Under the pieces are notes generated by a model, which was given only the letters and a program-made list of their open reading frames with translations, did not search any database and was not told where the DNA came from. From Candidatus Coprovivens sp. (GTDB lineage Bacteria; Bacillota_I; Bacilli_A; RF39; UBA660), in NCBI GenBank assembly GCA_051892935.1, contig JBJFGS010000030.1, positions 1 to 12,859 on the forward strand: a DNA stretch of 12,859 bases. Reading direction: 5' to 3'. A program made the translations under genes and the position numbers. Below, one piece after another: positions 1-6,651 of this stretch (the stretch's first letter is position 1; the number at the start of each line of letters is the position of its first letter).

Positions 1-482
<482 letters not shown>

Positions 483-959
483 TTATGCTTGGATGGGACC
501 AGCCCAATTTTCAAAGTTTGATTTGTATTTTTCAATTTTATCTTTAGTAATAATTATTTCTTCTGATGTTTGTTCTATTTCTTCAATTGGAATAGGATTA
601 CATCCATATGCGGTTTTTCCAATATCATCTTTGTGGAATTTTGTTCCACAATTTTGACATACTAAATATTCTCCTTCTTCTTTAAAGTATGCCAGTGGAG
701 CTGGGCTACAACTTTGGCAGGTATTTAAAGATACTCTAATAGTGTTATCACTTGCTTTTACAGCAATTAATTGTATTGTTATATTATCTACTTCGTAATT
801 AATAAAAGTAGTTTTTGATGTTATGTCTTCAGTTTTAAAAGCAATTCTATTATCATCTAATAGTGTGGCATTGATATACTTATTCTTTTCTTCTTTAGCG
901 GTATTACATCCTGTTAAGAATATTATTATTAAAAATAGTAATAAAGATATTTTTTTCAT
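483..959 (-). CDS. DUF2318-type Cys-rich (putative Fe-S/metal-binding) lipoprotein
   Basis: Signal peptide ending in lipobox LTG-C; motifs NTCQSC, YFKEEGEYLVCQNCG and GCNPIP match the DUF2318 pattern (CxxC...CxxC...GCNPxP); AGAGGA RBS upstream. Confidence 0.8.
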   Translation of the reverse strand: MKKISLLLFLIIIFLTGCNTAKEEKNKYINATLLDDNRIAFKTEDITSKTTFINYEVDNITIQLIAVKASDNTIRVSLNTCQSCSPAPLAYFKEEGEYLVCQNCGTKFHKDDIGKTAYGCNPIPIEEIEQTSEEIIITKDKIEKYKSNFENWAGPIQA

Positions 960-974
960 CTAATCTTCCTCTTT

Positions 975-2248
975 TCATTTATTTTCTATTACTTTTATAT
1001 TGTTGTTTATCATATTCATCCAACAACTATATGTATAAACACCTGTATTAATAGGAGTAAATTCTATTATATTTTTTCCTTCTTTTAATTCTTGTTTAAT
1101 ATTATATTCTGGGATAATAATACTATTATTACAACCAGTTAAGTATTTTTTATCAACGTTAATTATTATTCTAGTTGGAATATCTTCTTTTAATAAGATA
1201 TCTTGATAATTATCATATGTTAAGTCAAACTCAATTATTTGATGATCATCAATAATAGTCGACTCAAGATAGTTTTGATTAGTTTTGATATTTTTAAACA
1301 AATCTATGTCTAAAGTAAGTAGACCACGATTTAGCATTGATAAGGAAAAGATAAAAATTAGAATACAAGCAATATTATTGAATATAATTCTTTTTTTACC
1401 TTTTACTAATTTTAATATTATTCCAAAGCTTAACATAAGAGGAATTGTTCCAGCACAAAATAAAAACATAGATATAGCACCTTTAAAAAAACTTCCGGTT
1501 GATAATGCATATATTTGCATGGCTTGTAAAGGACCACATGGCATTAAACCATTTACTAATCCAGTAATAAATGGGCTAGTACTTGTATTGGATATTTTAA
1601 TTATTCTAGGGAGTTTTATATTTATTATGTTTAGCATTTTTAATGACATTAAGAGCATTATAAAGGCTGCTAGAATTGTTATTATTCCTGTAACATATTT
1701 ATTGATTGATATTACGTTACCAATTAGACCAACTATACCACCAATGAATGAGTATGATATTAGTCTACCTAAATTATATAATATAGGCCTTTTTAGGCTT
1801 TTTTCATTTTTTTTATTGTTGCTGCTAAGTTTATAGCTCCACACATACTTATGCAGTGGATGCTTGTTAGAACGCCTGTTATGAAAAGCATTCCATAGGT
1901 TATACTATTATCAATGGTTGGTATCATATTAAAAATATTAAACTTAAATATTCTATTTATTAGTGTGAAGAATAATATTACCAATATAAATAGTATTAAT
2001 AATTGTATTTTATTTGATTCTAGATCTTTTTTATTAGTACTTATATTTTCTATTTTTGTCAGATATCCTAAATTATTGATTATTTTTATTAATTTTTCTC
2101 TATTAATATTATTGATGTAAGATATTTTTGCTATTTTTTTATTAATTTTTACTTCTTTAATATTTTTGTCTTTTTTTAATTCTTTAGTTATTTTGTTGAT
2201 GCAGTTATCGCAATGAATACCTTCTATTTTGACATAGATTTCTTTCAT
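975..2248 (-). CDS. HMA domain + DsbD_2/TauE-SafE-like membrane domain + cupredoxin-like domain protein, interrupted by a -1 frameshift near 1807-1814 (supplied ORFs 1793..2248 and 975..1844 are its two halves; frameshifted gene or pseudogene)
   Basis: 5' half: GIHCDNC HMA motif, transmembrane helices and TSIHCISMCG. 3' half: LYNLGRLISY, GLMPCGPLQ, several transmembrane helices, then GCNN...FTP...YSCWMNM cupredoxin (CupA-like CxMxM). HCxxMCG and YNLGR are consecutive motifs of one membrane domain; one extra A in the A8 run joins the halves into a 424-aa ORF. Confidence 0.88.
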
Positions 2249-2550
2249 TAATTTATTCTCCCAAATAAGTCAATTATTTCATCTATTACCTCAAGATTGT
2301 CGTTTTTTAAATCATTAACAACGCATGTTGAAAGATGACTTTTTAATATTTCATTACCTAAACTTTTTAAGGATTTATTTATGGCAGATATTTGAATTAA
2401 AATATCGTTACAATAGCGATCATCTTCAACCATTTGTTTAATTCCTTTTATCTGGCCTTCGATGATATTCAGTCTTTTACTTATTTTCTTTTTTTCTTCT
2501 TCTGTACGATGTTTAGTTTTTTGACAATTATTACATTTTTCGCATTTCAT
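2248..2550 (-). CDS. csoR: CsoR-family metal-sensing transcriptional repressor
   Basis: RLNIIEGQIKGIKQMVEDDRYCNDILIQISA...HLSTCV carries the Cys / His-x3-Cys Cu(I) ligand set of CsoR; GGTGA RBS; stop overlaps the next start (TAATG at 2246-2250). Confidence 0.92.
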   Translation of the reverse strand: MKCEKCNNCQKTKHRTEEEKKKISKRLNIIEGQIKGIKQMVEDDRYCNDILIQISAINKSLKSLGNEILKSHLSTCVVNDLKNDNLEVIDEIIDLFGRIN

Positions 2551-2566
2551 TTAAATCACCAGTACT

Positions 2567-2595
2567 ATTATATACCCCTTAGGGGTATTTGTAAA
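2567..2595 (-). promoter_or_regulatory. Sigma-A-type promoter of the csoR operon
   Basis: Minus strand TTTACA (2595-2590), 17-bp spacer, TATAAT (2572-2567), ending 16 nt upstream of the csoR ATG. Confidence 0.85.
2572..2588. promoter_or_regulatory. CsoR operator
   Basis: Perfect 8-bp inverted repeat ATACCCCT-T-AGGGGTAT filling the -35/-10 spacer; ATAC/GTAT flanking C- and G-tracts is the known CsoR operator form and stands out in this AT-rich DNA. Confidence 0.9.
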
Positions 2596-2610
2596 TATTA
2601 TTTATATAAT

Positions 2611-2637
2611 AAAAAAGATACTATTTATATAGTATCT
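2611..2637 (-). terminator. Intrinsic terminator ending the pilus operon
   Basis: 9-bp stem AGATACTAT (2616-2624) / ATAGTATCT (2629-2637) with a 4-nt loop, followed on the minus strand by a U tract (A run 2611-2616); overlaps the sortase TAG stop. Confidence 0.7.
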
Positions 2638-3196
2638 AACTTTGTATTTTGTTTAATCTGACTGTTATTCTATCTTGGTTATCGTTTGTACAAGTAAATA
2701 ATGTCAAATCAAATTCACTTTCAATCATTTCTTTAATATTTTCAGGAGCTAGTATTTCTACAACTTCTACTTCATAGAAGTGTTCTTTGCCACTAAGGTC
2801 TGTAAGTATTAAAATGTCTTTTTTTTCGAGATTTTGAATATATCTAAATAAGTTTTTGTAAGAGTGAGCACATATTACTAAATCATTACTTTCTAAGGAA
2901 CCATAATATCTTCCTGGAGATATTTTCATTTTTTTATATGACCAATCTTTCATTATTGGTAATTCTAGTTCTAATGTAGGTATATTTATAATTCCAATAT
3001 ATTCATTTCCATCTATTTTTATTGTTTCTTCATTAGTGTCTATATCTTTTAATTCTTCTTGAATTTTTTCAACTACCTTTTTTGATTCTTTTCCAGCTCT
3101 TTGGTCAACATAACTATTATATATTAATAAAGATAGAGCTATTACTATAAGGATTATTCCGAGTATTATTAGGAAAAACCATTTTTTATTTTTCAT
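2636..3196 (-). CDS. Small sortase (class D-like, no lid), second sortase of the pilus locus
   Basis: N-terminal membrane anchor; YIGIINIPTLELELPI; catalytic His (LVICAHSY), Cys (LTLFTCT) and Arg (DRITVR); no C-terminal transmembrane helix. The class assignment is tentative. Confidence 0.88.
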   Translation of the reverse strand: MKNKKWFFLIILGIILIVIALSLLIYNSYVDQRAGKESKKVVEKIQEELKDIDTNEETIKIDGNEYIGIINIPTLELELPIMKDWSYKKMKISPGRYYGSLESNDLVICAHSYKNLFRYIQNLEKKDILILTDLSGKEHFYEVEVVEILAPENIKEMIESEFDLTLFTCTNDNQDRITVRLNKIQS

Positions 3197-4094
3197 TTGT
3201 TTCTCTTTTTATATTATATATGCCTATAGATATTAGTAATAATCCAGTAATTGAAAGAATTGCTATAGGCCACTTTAATTGACCTGTTTCTGGTAATTTA
3301 TCAGTATTTGTTACGATAAAAGTATATCCATCATTTTTATAAGTTGCTGTATATCCATCTGGAATATCAATTTCTTGGACAGAATATTTATCGCTTTTTT
3401 CGATATCTAACCAGGTATATGTCCAGTTATTTTCTTTACTTAGTTTAATTGTATCTATTACTTCATTATCTTTTAGAAGTTCTATTGTTACATATTCTGG
3501 AAGTTTTGTGTTTTCATTTTGTTTATTCCATTCTTTTCTTACAATTAAATCAATGGTTTTATATATTTCTGTTTTAGGATTTGATGTTATATCATAGGTC
3601 CATTTATCATCTACTACTTCTGGAATCATTACTAGGTATGAATCGATTACAGAATATCCTTTAACTTGATTTTCTTGTTTAACTAAATATAAACCAAGTT
3701 TTAAATCTTTAAATTTTACTTGACCAAGTTCATTAGTAGTTTTTTTGTAGTCTGATTCTTGATTATTAGTACATTTTGATACTTCTTCTGTTATATTATC
3801 TAATGTTAAGTTACTTAAATCTGCAGAACATTTTCTATATTTTTCAGTATAATTAAATACTAAGTTATGGTTTTCTTCACCAGCATCAGCAATATGATAG
3901 ATACCTAATTCTGCATTTTCTATACCAATATTGTCTTCTTTATCTGTTAGAGTTATTTTGATGCTACCAAGTTCAGTAAAGTCGATTGTTTGAGTGCTTT
4001 TTGTGTTTGTTGATTCTTCAGCATGAACTGTTATTAATCCAAAGATAAATATCAAGATAGTAAATATTATTTTTTTATTTTTTAGTTTTTTCAT
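3186..4094 (-). CDS. LPXTG minor (probable basal) pilin with SpaA/Cna-B-type domains
   Basis: Start revised to ATG 4094 (GGAGGT RBS at 4102-4107). Signal peptide ending VHA; GLYLVKQ; pilin-like motif WTYDITSNPK; CnaB domain (VRKEW...LSKENNWTYTWLDI...YSVQE...PDGY...IVTN); LPETG + hydrophobic helix + basic tail. Confidence 0.85.
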   Translation of the reverse strand: MKKLKNKKIIFTILIFIFGLITVHAEESTNTKSTQTIDFTELGSIKITLTDKEDNIGIENAELGIYHIADAGEENHNLVFNYTEKYRKCSADLSNLTLDNITEEVSKCTNNQESDYKKTTNELGQVKFKDLKLGLYLVKQENQVKGYSVIDSYLVMIPEVVDDKWTYDITSNPKTEIYKTIDLIVRKEWNKQNENTKLPEYVTIELLKDNEVIDTIKLSKENNWTYTWLDIEKSDKYSVQEIDIPDGYTATYKNDGYTFIVTNTDKLPETGQLKWPIAILSITGLLLISIGIYNIKRETNEK

Positions 4095-4968
4095 TTTTAT
4101 TACCTCCAAACTCTTTCTTTGCCTTTGTTGGATAAATATATATTTCTTTTAGTTTTTTCTTACTTATCATATTAACAGGTTTTATTATTATAATAATTAA
4201 GATTGCTAATACTATTGGTATTGCTACTAGAGGAGTTGTTGTTAGATTACTTACTCTAAATGCTTCTGTTGTTATATAAGCAGGTTTTTCAGTGTTTTCT
4301 ATTCGATGTCCTCTTACAAGTAAACGATGAGTATTGATTCCGTATGGTGTACAAGTCATTAATGTTAAATAATCTTGTTCTGGATCAATTTCTAGTTCAC
4401 TAATATCATGTGGGTCGACTATTACTATTTGATCGATTTCGTATGTTAGTAGTTGATCAAGAATTGTAACAGTGAAAGTATCACCTATTTCTAGTTTATC
4501 TAGGTCGGTAAATAGTTTAGTTGATGGTAAGCCTCTATGTGCTGATAATACTGAATGTGTTCCTAGTCCTCCAACAGGTAAACTGCTTCCTTCCAAATGA
4601 CCTACTGCTTTACTTAATACCTGTTCTGATGTTCCATGATAGATAGGAAGTTCAACTTTTATTTTGTCGATTGAGATGTATCCCATCATACCGTAGCCAT
4701 CAATATTAATTGTTTTATCATAATTTTTTACTTTTTTATATGATAAAAATGGGTCTTCATAACTTGCTAATTTTTTGTTATATTCATTTGCTTTATCAAA
4801 GTATTCACTATAATCTGCTGTTTCTAAATCTTTAAGTAATTCTTCGTAATTAACGATTACTTTTGATTGTTGCTTCTGATTATAGAAATCACTTATTGAT
4901 GGGTATAGTAATACTAAAAGGCCCATGAAGAAAAATAATACCATTATGATAGTTTTATTTTTTTTCAT
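4075..4968 (-). CDS. srtC: Class C (pilin-polymerising) sortase
   Basis: DPF lid motif, HSVLSAHRGLPS, LTLMTCTPYGINTHRLLVRGHR, N- and C-terminal transmembrane helices; GGGGAGG RBS. Confidence 0.96.
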   Translation of the reverse strand: MKKNKTIIMVLFFFMGLLVLLYPSISDFYNQKQQSKVIVNYEELLKDLETADYSEYFDKANEYNKKLASYEDPFLSYKKVKNYDKTINIDGYGMMGYISIDKIKVELPIYHGTSEQVLSKAVGHLEGSSLPVGGLGTHSVLSAHRGLPSTKLFTDLDKLEIGDTFTVTILDQLLTYEIDQIVIVDPHDISELEIDPEQDYLTLMTCTPYGINTHRLLVRGHRIENTEKPAYITTEAFRVSNLTTTPLVAIPIVLAILIIIIIKPVNMISKKKLKEIYIYPTKAKKEFGGNKNEKTKK

Positions 4969-5000
4969 AAGTCTTTCCTCCCCTGATTATGTAAAAATAT

Positions 5001-5043
5001 ATTATCCTAAGGGGAATTTCTTATTATTCCCCTTAGAGATAAT
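5001..5043 (-). terminator. Intergenic stem-loop after the major pilin gene (partial terminator or mRNA stabiliser)
   Basis: CTAAGGGGAAT (5007-5017) / ATTCCCCTTAG (5026-5036), an 11-bp perfect stem with 8-nt loop, extended by ATTATC/GATAAT with one bulge; followed by ATATTTTT on the minus strand. Confidence 0.7.
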
Positions 5044-5074
5044 TTACTTAAGCTGACTTTATTATTACTATCTA

Positions 5075-6595
5075 TTATATAGACATTTTTGATAATCTTA
5101 ATTTAGTTACTAATAGTACACCAAATCCAAGTACCATAATTGAACCAATAGTTACGAATAATACAGTACCCATACCACCAGTTGATGGAAGTAATGTTCC
5201 TGTTGTATTAGCTACTGTTACAGTACCATCTGTGTATTTGATTGTACTAGAATCTGTTCCTGATACTGTTGAAGTTTGTTTCTCACCTGTTATAGTAGAA
5301 ACTAAAGTTACTGGTACACGAGAAGTTAATTTATTGTATCCTTCTGGTGCTTTAGTTTCTTCTAAATAGTAAGTTACATCTGCATCTAAACCTTCAATTG
5401 TAGCATTACCAGCTTTGATTGTTGTTGCAGAGTTTTTTTCAGCATCAGTATATGCAACGCGGTATATATTTTTTGATGCATCTTTTAAGAATACAAGAAT
5501 TTCAGTTCCACCTGTTTGTGCATCATATAATTTGAATTCTGCACCATCTAATTTGTTTGTACCATCAGTTTTAAGTAAATCAAAACTTAGTACATATGTT
5601 TTTGTAAATACTTCTTCTGTAGTAGTTCCATCACCATATTCAAGTTTTGCTTTATTTGGGTTACCTGTATTATTAATTACAGCTTTTTCATTTACTACTG
5701 CACTATATGTTACAACTAATGTTTTATCAGATTCAATTGAATCTAAGTATGATTTAGTAAATACTACTTTGAATGTATATTCAGTTGTTGCTGTTGTATA
5801 TAATTTATAATCTGCGCCTTTAGTTAGTTCTCTTTCTGTTACTCCTGTTTCTGTTGAGGCTTTTTCAACAACTTTAACAGAATCAGTATTGAAAGTTAAA
5901 CCTTCTGACATTTTATCTTTTAATACATAATTTTGAGCACCTTTTTTAGCAGTTATTTCAACTTTATACTCAACTGTATCTCCAATTTTTTTAGTATTTG
6001 TTGAACCCCAAATTGTACCTTCTTTTACTTCTTTTTTAATTGTAGTTGGTGTATTTTTATCTGTAATATCAACTTCTCTTACTGTTGAATCTAGACTAAC
6101 TAATGAACCTAAACTAGAATCTACTAAGTAATATCCCAATTCTAATCCTGTGAATTCTACTGTAGTAGTTGTTGCTTCTATTGCATTTGTTGGAGTTATT
6201 TTAGCTGTTGCTTCAGCATAATCTAGTGCTAATCTTGCGAATCTTGCTACATCAGAAGCCCCTTTCTTACTTTCATTAAATCTAACGATTTCTTTACCTG
6301 TTTCGTATGTGCTTAATGTTACATAAGCGCTACCATCTCCAGTTTTCATAAAATTATACCAAGGAGAAGATGTGCTTATTGTATAAGTGTATGCTCCTGT
6401 TTCTTTATTTGTATCATATGAATATGATTCCAAATCGAATAATTTATAGATTTCATATGTTTCTTTAACTGTTGCGTTTGTTATTGTTATTTTACCGTCT
6501 GCTGTTGCATTTGTTCCTTTGGCAGCATTTGCCACTGGTAAAAATTGAACTAATACTAGTGCTATTACTAGTAAATAACTTAATATTTTTTTCAT
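5075..6595 (-). CDS. Major (backbone) pilin, SpaH/EbpC-like, isopeptide-domain LPXTG protein
   Basis: Signal peptide ending ANA; GLELGYYLV; candidate pilin Lys in VDITDKN; D2 domain (TIKKEV...IGDTVEYKVEI...LVVTYSAVVN...NKAKLEY); E-box YYLEETKAPEGY; LPSTGG + transmembrane helix + basic tail; directly upstream of the class C sortase. Confidence 0.92.
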   Translation of the reverse strand: MKKILSYLLVIALVLVQFLPVANAAKGTNATADGKITITNATVKETYEIYKLFDLESYSYDTNKETGAYTYTISTSSPWYNFMKTGDGSAYVTLSTYETGKEIVRFNESKKGASDVARFARLALDYAEATAKITPTNAIEATTTTVEFTGLELGYYLVDSSLGSLVSLDSTVREVDITDKNTPTTIKKEVKEGTIWGSTNTKKIGDTVEYKVEITAKKGAQNYVLKDKMSEGLTFNTDSVKVVEKASTETGVTERELTKGADYKLYTTATTEYTFKVVFTKSYLDSIESDKTLVVTYSAVVNEKAVINNTGNPNKAKLEYGDGTTTEEVFTKTYVLSFDLLKTDGTNKLDGAEFKLYDAQTGGTEILVFLKDASKNIYRVAYTDAEKNSATTIKAGNATIEGLDADVTYYLEETKAPEGYNKLTSRVPVTLVSTITGEKQTSTVSGTDSSTIKYTDGTVTVANTTGTLLPSTGGMGTVLFVTIGSIMVLGFGVLLVTKLRLSKMSI

Positions 6596-6651
6596 ATTTA
6601 TAATTTTCCTTTCATGTTTTGTTCTTTTTTGGATATGTTTTATTTTTTCTA

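Noticed and set aside
960-977. TGA read as Trp (genetic code 4) given the very low GC
   Set aside because: All long genes are open under code 11, the Trp codons checked are TGG, and TGA at 975-977 sits at the natural end of the cupredoxin domain just before the next RBS.
975-1844. ORF 975..1844 as an independent gene starting at GTG 1844
   Set aside because: No RBS, and it begins in the middle of a membrane domain whose HCxxMCG motif lies in the upstream frame; better explained as the 3' part of one frameshifted gene.
4095-4109. TTG start at 4109 for the minor pilin
   Set aside because: The extra codons contain the GGAGGT RBS positioned for ATG 4094, which gives a normal signal peptide.
5007-5036. 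Second CsoR operator (shares CCCCTTAG with the 2572-2588 palindrome)
   Set aside because: The G- and C-tracts are in the opposite order, ATAC/GTAT flanks are absent and the spacing differs; it fits an RNA hairpin better.
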